Source: Phoronis australis
Taxonomy: Eukaryota > Animalia > Phoronida
Length of the DNA: 64,000 nt
Direction of reading: 5' to 3'
Assembly: GCA_002633005.1 (NCBI GenBank)
Contig: NMRA01000582.1
Coordinates: 200,439-264,438, forward strand
Shown here: positions 53,395 to 64,000 of the stretch, piece by piece
Numbering within the stretch: position 1 is the stretch's first letter
Layout of the letters: every line of letters starts with the position of its first letter
Translations under genes and position numbers: made by a program
Notes under the pieces: generated by a model
What the model saw: only the letters and a program-made list of their open reading frames with translations
Databases searched by the model: none
What the model was told of the DNA's origin: nothing

Positions 53395-53472
53395 GAACGG
53401 GTGGACAAAAGTAAATTCCCTCCGTCAAAGGGGTTCAAGCAGCATAGAAGACCAGGCTTCAGAAGAACGTAA
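53395..53472 (+). CDS. Terminal coding exon (ERVDKSKFPPSKGFKQHRRPGFRRT*)
   Basis: Acceptor ATTTCAG|GAA in phase 0 matches the 52713 donor; followed by a long AT-rich, ORF-free 3' UTR-like tract. Confidence 0.7.
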   Translation, partial: ERVDKSKFPPSKGFKQHRRPGFRRT

Positions 53473-56400
53473 TCACGTTGGAAGATTTTAAGAAGTTTGT
53501 GTAAGGGGTCGACTACTTTTCACCATGTAAGGGCAAATGTACCAACCCCCTTCTTCCCGTTCATCGATGTGGTTTCATCTCATTACTCGCAAATTGGTCA
53601 CGTCCTCTGAAATATTTTGGTGGTTCGGCAGCTAGTTGTAAGCGCAGACAGCAACTGAAAATATGATGAAATCTCAAGTTGCCGGATTGGAAATGCCGAC
53701 TAGGGCCGCTGGTGATATGTCAGCAATTGGGTGAACTGCGCTTTTATTCAAATTTGCCATTATAGAAAATTGTGTGAATAAGAGATTGTACGTAACACAG
53801 TGTAGAACTCAAAAAGTTCTGTGTAAGTAATAGTTAATTCCCTGATATTCGTGTAGTGTTGTTACCAATAGGACGTTTAGTTGTAATATTTAACAATGCA
53901 CTGTATCTGGAATGGAATATGTACAACAAGATTGTGTTCCACACTTTCTTATTATATGATTGAATAATTTTAGTTTGATTTCGAGTTTCAAACCACTGCG
54001 CTCAAATTGGCGCAACTATGTTTGATTAAGTGTAGCTTGAACAATTCTTCCACGGAGCACAGGCACCAAAACCTTACTCTAAATGAATAGCTTCAACTAG
54101 CTTGTACATATATTCCTTTTGCTGTGAACACGTGTATGTCTATGTAAAGAATTTTCGTAGTATCAGATAGATTGATAACCTACATGTATGTCGTGTTTCT
54201 GCTTAGAAGAGCAACTTTTTATTAAATAATGCTTAGCTTTGTTCTTTACCTATCATGATTGTCCAGCACATAGTGATAAAAACTGAGTCACCTGTACTAT
54301 TTTGCTTGATGTTGGTGAGACCATACAAGTATTTCCTCCACAGAGCGTTTGTTACTGTTTTCCGTGTTAGCTGACGATGATTGCTTTGAAGTGTATTATT
54401 AAATAATTTTGCTTGGAAATATTGTAGATAAATTTTGTCGCCGAGTCTTGATGCTAACTTATAGTTGTGTACATACATGCATTACGGATTTCGACAAGAC
54501 TGAGAGTTCTTGATTTTGTTTCTGGTGGTAGGAATGGCGTTTGTTCATGAGTGTTTGCCTTTTGCTTCTTATTTATATACAAGTATTATAGTGCAGTGTG
54601 AGTCGATAAAACTGGGGCACTGCTGTTGTAACTTAGTTTTGCGTAAGACCATTGACGTATTTACTCCCATGTATTTTGTTTCCATGAAGATCAGTCTTCT
54701 GGACACGTGTATAACGGATTTTGACAACTAGCAGATTTTAATGTAAAAAAGCTAAGGCTGTAAGGAAAAGAATTTCTTTGTTAGAACTTAGCTTTGCTGT
54801 GTGTTTAGACAATACCAGAGTGTAGTGTGGGTTGATAAAACTTGAGTCACCGAACTTTTTGTACAGACATCCTCGTATTTATCCAAGAGTGCGCTTACAT
54901 TCAATCTGTCCAAACGATGCCTCATTAGACGTCATCTATATAACATAATCAACAGCACTTACATAAATTTATAGAAGCTTTGAGCAAATGTATTTATTTC
55001 GCTGTGTCGTTATGGACTTGTACATGCCTGTACATGTGTATTGCTTATCTTGATAATCGATTTATGGAGAATTTAGGTTGTGCTTAAAGTGTTAATAATG
55101 TTTTGTTTATTGATGCTTGGCTTTGATAATGTAGTGTATATTGATATAATTGACACATCAATTCCTAAGATTTAGCTTTTGTGTAAGACCACGAGTGTTT
55201 TTGTATATTTCCGTGTTCAAACTGTCAAAGATATGGCCGGTTTGTTGTCACCTGCTAGATTTGAATGTTTTTGATTGTGTGCTTTCATGAAGATATAAAA
55301 TTAACATTATGTGATCTTATCAATATCACTTAAGTTCTGGACTCCTGCTTTATTTTTGCTAATAACTGACCGCCATGAGTGTACCACGTACCCGTGCTCT
55401 TCCTTCAAGAACGCTTTAACGCCTGTCGATGTTTTTTGCGGAAGTGCTTGATCGAAACGTCGAGCCAATGCAAATTGGCTGAAGGCTGGTGTAAATAGAA
55501 CGATAGATTTTAGTTATGAGGAATATTTTGTTTGTACCCTACTATCGTAATCAGTGTAAATACATAGGGAGCACTGAGAAAGGGTTATAATTTGACTTTT
55601 ACTGAGAGTTTCAAGCCTTATGTGTATCCATGTAATCTGCGTGTTTTATGCTTAAAGATGAACTTTGCTGAGACCTTTGTTTCTTAGTGTAGTAATCTTA
55701 GCACCGGATGAGAAATTTTGTCTTCAAAACTTAAAATGTGTGGCATAGACCGTGTGATCATTGTTACTTAACTGCTTCATTTGAAATATTACACGTATAT
55801 ACTCGGAATAGTACAAGGTTCTGTTTTGCATTTGATTTCAAGCCAATCCTTCGCAGCGGCTTTTATGGATTTCCTAGAGAAAGTCAATGAACAGTTGTAA
55901 AGTCGAGTCTTAAACAAACGAAAACATAAATACAGAAACACGTACAGGGGGGTTCGGTCAGTGGTCAGGGGTCTGTTTGTTCAGAAATTTTGATGTAACT
56001 ATCACTTCAAAATTACTGAATAACGTTTTGCCTTGACGTGTTTTTGCAGTTTAGAAATGACATGGAAATTACTAGCAAATACGACCATTACGCATTTTTT
56101 CATTCTTTTAAAGTAGACTTAAAAGTCTACTTTTTATATGTGGAAATTTGTTAAATAAATTATGACATTAACATCTGATGAGCTAATTTTCACAAAATAT
56201 ATCTCTAAGACTCAAATTAAGCACTACATATTTTTTCCCAAAAATACAATTCGAGCGAATGCAAGAAGATACGAGAACGAAGACAATAAAGATCTTCTTT
56301 ACAAAAAGTACATGCATCCGAGTTCCATGACTCCAATCTTATGTAAAAAAAGAATGACAGCTTATGATTCTATGCCATAGTCTAAAGTGAAACCAGATGA

Positions 56401-57667
56401 TTTATGGATTTATTCCCACCACTCCTGTCCTGGACAAATATTTATGCGGTATTCTCCCTTGAATTCAGGTTTTGTTTTTTTATGATAACCGTTAATTAAG
56501 TGAGTGTTGGCTTTTTATCTGAATACTCACTAAATGAGACTCTTGAAGAGTTGCTAAAACATAGACAAGTAACAAACAGAGAATTTAGGTCAAAGGAACC
56601 CAAATATTTTTTGTAGATTGTGAATTTCCATGAAGTTCTGTAATTGATGGGAACATAATAAATCTCACACAAAAGTTTTGATAAGACAAAAATGCACAAC
56701 TATCTGAAAGATCATGTACCCAGACGACTCAGTCAGTGACTCAGGGGGATATTTCGGCCCTCTCGGGTATTGTTTTGGGTAGGTATACGGGATACTTTCT
56801 AGTCATTGTCTCTTAAATGAGATCGTCAATTTTCAAACCAGTAGGGCTCGTTTTATTTTTTTACACCGACAGACCAGCCTATGATACTGACAATTTCATT
56901 TTTCTATCTGACGGTTTGATAAATGTAATTGCAGGTTGCGAAAGAGATGTTTACGGTCAGTATTATAGATGGTGCAAGTAGTGAGCAGCACAGCCGTTGG
57001 TCGCCGTACCGCTAACTCGATAGGACGTGTTGTCCCTGATTGAGAAAGAGTTTTTAGTTAGATTCAAGAATCACGATTGGCAGTGATTGGAACTGAATTC
57101 ATTTGTAAACAATGTAATCAAAGTTTAAAGAACTTTAAATGGTTACCTAATGGACACAAATGCAATACTGTATTCATGTTACTTCCGATTCATTAGCAGA
57201 CAACCAGTGTAATGAATTGTCCGAGTTCTTAATTGTTTCGGAATTGTGGACATTCGAATTGGACCCTAGTGAACTGAAGGTAGGGAACATTCGGAGTAAT
57301 AGACCTTTAAAATAGGCCTAGTGAACCTTCGAAAAACTGACATGTAACCTTGGAAATCTTTTCCATCAAGTTTCTTGCTCGTCTGCGATCGAAGCTGTGT
57401 TCAATTGGCACTGGTTGATAAGAGAATGCTTTCTTCATTGACCAAAGTCTTTATTAGGTGTAGACTTACTTTTCCATAATGTGAACATGCTCGTCGGGGT
57501 TTTCTCAGTGCAAGAAAAAACTCGGTGTCAGGTTTTTAAGCAACGACGGAGGAGTGACTGAACTTAGAAGAATGGAAACGCACACATCGACAATCAAAGT
57601 TTACTACAATGGATGAACGATATATCTGACGATCATTTTCAATTCGAAATTTTAATTAGTTGGTATA

Positions 57668-57818
57668 CAATGGCGGTCTTAGAGGGGGGCCAACAAGGGG
57701 GTCATGCCCCCCCCCCGTAAACTCTCCCAGATCCCATTTAGCAATTCGGGGGTGCGAATATCTGACGGGCAAAATCCTGGTTAATTCTCTGTCCTGGCCC
57801 CTCCCCGATCCGCCCCTG
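57668..57818. mobile_element. hAT-like MITE with 5-bp TSD GTATA
   Basis: CAATGGCGG...GATCCGCCCCTG flanked by GTATA on both sides; reverse-oriented relative of 9923 and 12066. Confidence 0.75.
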
Positions 57819-58869
57819 GTATAGAAAGTTTATTTGACTCCCTCAGTGTCATTACCGGGCCTAGGTTATGAAGTCACCACGCGCATTCAATGCCGATGAT
57901 AAACATGAAACCTCCTCTAATCGTCTGCACTACCCTGTCAATGATCTACGCAAACACCCGGCAACGGGACGAAGTTGGCCGGTACGTGAAGCGCTTTCAG
58001 AGCCTCGAGTCGATTTCAAAATTATCAATTGTCGGCATTGTTATGAGTACCAGTAGCTGTAGCAATTTTGATGTTGTTGCCCATCTACACCCTATTTTTA
58101 ACGGATAGGCTGGGGTTGGACCTTTCCTGCGGGGTTCGATCCCTGGATCAAACTCCCCGGGCCGAACCCCCCTGCTGGCTGCGCGGGCCCGCCTGTAGTA
58201 ACAAATCAATAAGACTGGTGGACAATGGACCTTTCATAGCGTTCGCAACAATGAATTTTTCATAAGATGTAAAAGAGAACATCCATTCCACACGTTTTAC
58301 CTGTGTTGCACGCTAGGACTATGTTATTCCCAAGTTGCACCGGTATATGTCGCCAACGCGGAGTTGCCGGGACCCCCCGGGACGGCGACTGGGATGCCTC
58401 ACCGCAACTCACAGATGGCGCTATAAAATTTCAAGGTCACTGAAGCCTGGAAATGGGTCAAGCGGCGTGCGTGTCAAAAGATGATATTGCGAACGTCGTT
58501 GTTGGAGAAAGGATGTAAGGTATTTTTTATTGATGATGAATGCTTACTTTCGTAATTTCTGCTTACTGAGAACATGGGATTTTCAATCTTCTCACATTTT
58601 GTCGAGTATCCAAACTTTGACAATGTCGAGTCATTCAGGCACTATTCACAAAATGGTCGATTTGTTGAAAAGTTTGCACGCATGTTGCAACAAATTCCCG
58701 TGATATTTCAAAAGCGAAAATTGAACAACGGTAGTCTACACTCTGTTGGTTTATCATGCATGATCACGTCGCCACGATTATGGTAGCACTCATAAACTTT
58801 CAAGCTATTAGTCGAGATCTTGAGATTCGTCTAAACAAGCGTGACTGCAGTGTTTGTGAGTCTGTGAGC

Positions 58870-59060
58870 GTACATACCATCTCAGGCTATGAGTTCATGA
58901 CATGTTAGTGTCGCACTGCACATACACAGAGCTCCTTCTTCCCCTCTACAACAGTCTTCTGGAACTCAGATATATGTTTAGTCTGTCTGAGTCTGGAACA
59001 ACTTACCTTCCCAGGTCGTTGGTGCTGTCTCTCTGGATCACTTCCAGAGAGTCCTCCTCT
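58870..59060 (+). mobile_element. 3' end relic of a CR1/RTEX-type LINE
   Basis: SSFFPSTTVFWNS and VWNNLPSQVVGAVSLDHFQRVL match the conserved 'SFFP.T...WN.LP' ORF2 tail. Confidence 0.6.
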
Positions 59061-59199
59061 CATGTTAGTCATCATAGCAGTTCATGCACATTGCACTGCA
59101 CCCTCACACTGCACTTGTACGTACACACATCTCACCATTGCACATTTAATTTGGTAACATGCGCCACTTGACTTTGAGTATGAAGTGTTACTAGAGAGA

Positions 59200-60330
59200 T
59201 AGAGCTTGAATTGCTGATGGCACAATGCTTGGGCTACTCCAGGAGGCCATTCCCGAGCTTCCCTGTTGAAAGCAGTGATGACATTCGGTTCCTCACCAAG
59301 TTCTTGTACTGGCAGCCAAGCAGCAACTTGCGCGATCATGTGTTTGCCGATGAGACCCATGGTTGCGTTAACAGCAGCGACAGTCCACGAGCACCTGCTA
59401 AGTCTTTGGTGGGAGGCATTGCGAAAAGGTCTAGGACGAAGTCCATAAGTTTCTGTTGCAGGGACGGAGTTCACGCACCTGTCAAGTGCAGTCTTCACTT
59501 GACTGTGTAATGGATGGAAGGGGCTTTGAACAGCCTTGGCNNNNNNNNNNNNNNNNNNNNNNNNNNNNNNNNNNNNNNNNNNNNNNNNNNNNNNNNNNNN
59601 NNNNNNNNNNNNNNNNNNNNNNNNNNNNNNNNNNNNNNNNNNNNNNNNNNNNNNNNNNNNNNNNNNNNNNNNNNNNNNNNNNNNNNNNNNNNNNNNNNNN
59701 NNNNNNNNNNNNNNNNNNNNNNNNNNNNNNNNNNNNNNNNNNNNNNNNNNNNNNNNNNNNNNNNNNNNNNNNNNNNNNNNNNNNNNNNNNNNNNNNNNNN
59801 NNNNNNNNNNNNNNNNNNNNNNNNNNNNNNNNNNNNNNNNNNNNNNNNNNNNNNNNNNNNNNNNNNNNNNNNNNNNNNNNNNNNNNNNNNNNNNNNNNNN
59901 NNNNNNNNNNNNNNNNNNNNNNNNNNNNNNNNNNNNNNNNNNNNNNNNNNNNNNNNNNNNNNNNNNNNNNGGCCAGGGGCACCCTCTTTGCAAGTTTTGA
60001 TAGCCTCCGCAACCTCTGCTGCAGAGAATTGACTGTCCTGTTCAGCTGTCTTGCAAAGTCCATCTAGTTGTTGGATGAGGAGGTTTCTTTCAGATTCATC
60101 ACTGTGGTCACTTTGCTGGATGAAACGCAGGAGAAAAGCCTCACCCTGTTCCCTGTCATTCCTGAGAATGGTGTTGCTTGCATTCAGTAGGATGGATCTG
60201 GGGGGAGCACGTCTCTTGTCCATGTTACGATGGAAGTGCCAGAAATCTGTAGCTGTCAAGTTGGATCGGCTTCAAAGCTCATCCCATCGACGATTGGCAG
60301 CCTCGGATGCTGAGCAAGGTATTACAGGTA
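59200..60330 (-). mobile_element. I-group-like LINE ORF2 fragments spanning the N gap
   Basis: DFWHFHRNM...QFSAAEVAEAIKTCKEGAPG (pre-RT) and HPLHSQVKTALDR...FNREAREWPPG (post-RT); homologous to 37600-39350. Confidence 0.75.
59541..59970. other. Assembly gap (430 N)
   Basis: Run of N. Confidence 1.
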
Positions 60331-60760
60331 TTACCAGTTTGTGCACCACAGAATTTGCCGCTTTAGATCAAAAGCACCATTGTGTTGTGGTTATTCAAAT
60401 CGCCACAGGCTGGTGTTATTGTTTTCTCGATAACGAGACCATATCATAAACACATGGGGGGGCGGCAACAATATATAGTATTTTAAAATTTCTGTTTTGA
60501 AATTTTGGAAATAGCATATTTGAATAGTTTGTGAAAAGCACACGTTTTGTAATTTTGAAAATTGGAGAAATATGACTTTTACAACCGAAAACATTTGTTA
60601 AATGTTGCAATTTAAGTTTTCTTCGATTCTGTTGGGTGTGTAACATAATTACCATAATTAGTGTCATCATATAATTCTTAGCATGTATTGCGGGAAGCTG
60701 GCTAGCCTTGGTATAAAGCTGTTATACTAAATATATTTTGATGGCCCAACCCAAAGTTCC

Positions 60761-61372
60761 GTCCACGCACAGACTTACCCTAGAACTTACACTAGTACAA
60801 CTGAACTTGCCCCACTTTAAGTGGAGCGTCCACATGCACACAAGCACACAGTCACACACATACACACGCACGTACACACGCACGTACACATGCACGTACA
60901 CACGCACGTACACACGCACACACATCTGATATCTAGGGTAAGGTAGAAGTTGTCACTCTGTGCATGACAATGGACAGGTGATGCAAATACGTGGTGCAAA
61001 AGAAGACCTGCCTGAATACAACCACAGCAGATAATCATTTCCGCCTTGCCCTGAGTGTACGACCACATAGCGAGTAGAAGTGGAGTAAGTTATCTTAGAA
61101 CCAGTTATTCTACCTTGATAAGGTGGAGTAAGTCATCTTAGAACCAGTTATTCTACCTTGATAAGGTGGAGTAAGTTATCTTAGAACCAGTTATTCTACC
61201 TTGATAAGGTGGAGTAAGTCATCTTAGAACCAGTTATTCTACCTTGATAAGGTGGAGTAAGTCATCACACTTGGTGCAAGTTACACTAGTTTAAATAGCG
61301 CCCAGGCACCTTCCAGACTTGGCGATAACTGGTTCCAGGAGTAGGTCTTTCTAGGGTAAACACGAGTGTGGA
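60761..61372. mobile_element. MITE carrying a microsatellite and a minisatellite
   Basis: Imperfect inverted ends TCCACGCACAGACTTACCCTAGAA / TTCTAGGGTAAACACGAGTGTGGA; (ACACGCACGTAC)n at 60860-60922. Confidence 0.55.
61080..61266. repeat. 43-bp minisatellite, ~4.3 copies
   Basis: TGGAGTAAGTYATCTTAGAACCAGTTATTCTACCTTGATAAGG at 61081, 61124, 61167, 61210; T/C variants alternate. Confidence 0.95.
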
Positions 61373-61927
61373 TAGCACTCAGGAGTGCTATTCCTATTTG
61401 GACAAAGGGGTTCAGATTATGTGTCAGAAACTCTGTAAAAGGACACATTTTGAAAGAAAACTATATTAAGTGAGTTTTATTTTATTTAGATCTGTTAGTT
61501 AAAAATGGCTACAGTCCAAATGTTTATGTTAATGTTTATGCATCCAGATATTAAAGGCGAAGGCATCCTTTTTTCATGTCATTTTGAGCAAAAACCAGGT
61601 TCGTTGATTATCCCAGACATACTTTTCACTAAATTACAGCTTTTCATAATTTAATTAATTACTCGTCCTCTACTCCGGAAGTGACGTTTTGGGAGGCAAG
61701 AATTTTTCGCTCGAATTTGGTTCTGCGTTGAGTTTGCTGTGAGGATCTGTTCTACTTTTGTTTTCGTGCTGTTTTTTTAAAATTGTCGTCACCACTTCCC
61801 ATCGACGAGTATTTTACGACAAGCTAAGTTGTTAGAGTAGTCAATTACGTTGGATTTAGGGATTGTTTAGTTTGTGTTAATCTGACGGGCTGGAGTTGGT
61901 GACCCATATCACAGTGACAGAAGTGAC

Positions 61928-62152
61928 GTGAGTAACGGAGACATTGTTCGTAGCAGTGGTGATGAGGAATTTTTTCACGGACAGTCAGTGGGTGGGTATA
62001 TGTTTGAGCCTGTGTATAATGAGCCGCGAGTACGCACAGGCACAACTGTCCCACTTGCCCGAGTGTCCCGCGACACACTTCCACTGAGCACCCAAACTGC
62101 TTACATCCCACCGTGTGACTCTCTCACCACACACATGGCACCTTCTAGATAG
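61928..62152 (+). pseudogene. KolX-like N-terminal remnant
   Basis: GGYMFEP motif (Y.FEP, typical of the KolX N-terminus), oriented convergently to the THAP remnant. Confidence 0.45.
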
Positions 62153-62489
62153 CTCCAAAACCTTAGAAAAGTCAGCAATAAACTTATCAAAGTTTGGCTC
62201 ACCGATCTGTTCACTGGACGACCAACTGTCCTCTTTACTGGGTATCGAAGTGGGCCTCTATTCACTCCCACTACTCAATATCGCTGCAGGGCTGCTTACA
62301 GGCTCTGGGCTAGAGACAACAGCACAGGGCGAATCACTGCTAGTCCCGGAATTGCATGCTCTGGGGTACGTTCAGATGCATGGATAACAGTAGATGAAGT
62401 ACCTCCAGCCACAGTAGTAGCCACAGCTCGCGAGGCTTCTCGCTTGAAAAGTGCACTTCTCGGGGGTGGCGACGGAGCACTGCCAGGAA

Positions 62490-62756
62490 TTAACAGCGAC
62501 GGTATAGCACCCTTCTTCATGTGTTGTTTCGCAGGTACCTTCATCAATTCAGCCTACATATCTCTCTCATAATCTGACGACAGAAAATGGTTGCCACACA
62601 CTCTGTAACCCTCCACTGCTTCGAACGTTACCCGAACGGGCCAAGTACTGACGGCGAAGTGTGCCATCCTTCGGAAAGCGATGCAAAGCCGGGTATTCCC
62701 AAAGTGCGCGTGAGACGATAATGAGTACATCCGGGTACACAGCAACAATGTGGCGT
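62490..62756 (-). pseudogene. THAP domain of the Kolobok transposase (frameshifted)
   Basis: Across three frames: PHCCCVPGCTH / LHRFPKDGTLRRQY / YRVCGNHFLSSDY ... KKGAIPSL; start codon appears mutated to ACG. Confidence 0.85.
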
Positions 62757-63129
62757 GTTGAATGACTGGTAAACAAAAACAAACAACGACCGAACACATC
62801 ACAACTAAGGTAGACCAGTGACTGACTCTTCAGCTCTCACAGTCAGACCAAATGAAAAGAAATTGGCGCGAAATTCTTGCCTCCCAAAACATCACTTCCG
62901 GAGTAAAGGCAGGGCAATTAATTAAATTACGAAAAGCTGTAATTGAGTGAAAAACATGTCTAGGATAATCAACGAACCTTATTTTTGTTGAAAATGACAT
63001 GAAGAAAGGTTGCCTTCGCCTTTAATATGTAGGTGTGTATTGCTGTCATCTCTGTCTAGACATCGGGTGTCTGGCGTGCACAGCATGCATAATGAGATTC
63101 AACTGATGTGTTTATGAAGCTGAAGACAG

Positions 63130-64000
63130 ACGACTTTGAGTTTTGGACCGATTTGACTACCACTCTGCCCCCTAGTGGCAAATTTAGCTTTTTACATAAA
63201 TTTTCCTCTGTACCTTCGGAGTTCCTTAATGGATTTTCATGAAATGCAGCATACGAGTTTCTCTAAAAGAGACGATTACAACTTTTCATTTTCGGACAGA
63301 TTTGATGTATTCCGTGCCACCTGGTGGCAATTTAAAAAGTTTTGAGTACATTTTTGACGCCTGCCTTTCTGTCTGCTCAAGCGTTTAAAGGATCCATATG
63401 AAATTGGCAGATGTTTTCCTGTTGAGAAGACCGCAACTGAGTGACACTGATTTTGGTACGGCTTCAGTTACTATGGCTACCCCTATTTTGTTTTGTGTTA
63501 TTACGTCCACAACTGTATCATTTTCTTAACTCTTTGGAAGGTCTTTGTGAAATATGATTGGTATGTTTCTATGGAGATGATTATGAATGACGATGAGTTT
63601 TAGACCAATCCGACTTCAGGTGTGCTCCCTAGTGGCAGTTTAATTTTTTATATTTGCCTCTGTATCTTTAGAGTTCATTGATATATTTTTCCGAAATTTG
63701 GCAAATAAGTTTCTGATAAAGCGACAGCTATGCCTTTTCATTTTTGTACAGATTTAACGTTGATTGTGCCACCTAGTGGCCATTTTTATGTTCTTGAGTT
63801 TGCTTTTTACCGTATGTCTCTTTATCTGCAAAACATGAATCATAACAGTTGACTGTGTTCCTCATGAGAAGACTGTGACTGACATTGACTTTTGGATGGA
63901 TCTGACACCTGTGGCGTCTCCTTGTGGTGATTTTGTTTGTTTTTTTGACCATGGCTGCAGCTCCTGATTCCTTTGCATGATGTTTGTGAACTTTTGCATT
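63130..64000. repeat. Degenerate tandem array (~150-bp subunits, ~455-bp higher-order period), probably the interior of another HINE-like element
   Basis: CCCTAGTGGC at ~63170 and ~63628; CCACCT(G/A)GTGGC at ~63317 and ~63769; GAGAAGAC at ~63424 and ~63866. Confidence 0.7.

Larger units (their letters stand above)
61555..63021. mobile_element. Internally deleted Kolobok DNA transposon
   Basis: TTAA TSD (61551-54, 63022-25); AGGCGAAGGCA..TGCCTTCGCCT termini; ~160-bp TIRs; convergent THAP and KolX-like remnants. Confidence 0.85.

Noticed and set aside
59082-60259. Long ORFs spanning the N run
   Set aside because: Lengths are artefacts of translating Ns; only the flanking LINE peptides are real.
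61080-61266. CRISPR-like 43-bp repeats
   Set aside because: Contiguous head-to-tail copies with no spacers; a minisatellite.

Overview
Eukaryotic (invertebrate animal, probably lophotrochozoan; inference) scaffold window with assembly breaks (N at 3154, 12251, 40440; 430 N at 59541-59970). Its centre is one large spliced plus-strand gene for an RNF213/mysterin-like giant AAA+ ATPase. Candidate exons are 12510-12559, 13729-14128, 25233-25577, 29568-31372, <=40441-41038, a single 11.4-kb exon 41274-52713, and a terminal exon from 53395. Unusual aspects: a TRADD-N-like exon upstream; two paralogous N-terminal helical exons; three upstream modules that all end in phase-2 donors matching the phase-2 acceptor of the giant exon; no recognisable RING and an apparently non-catalytic RZ finger; and a cluster of IRF/ISRE-like motifs upstream. 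The rest is transposon-rich: a Gmr1-type Gypsy in a Tx1/L1 LINE, RNase H-bearing LINE relics, a 5.35-kb TG..CA element with a 5-bp TSD, a Helentron/HINE-like array, an internally deleted Kolobok (THAP + KolX remnants), several MITEs and tandem repeats. All domain calls come from reading motifs by eye; no database search was run.
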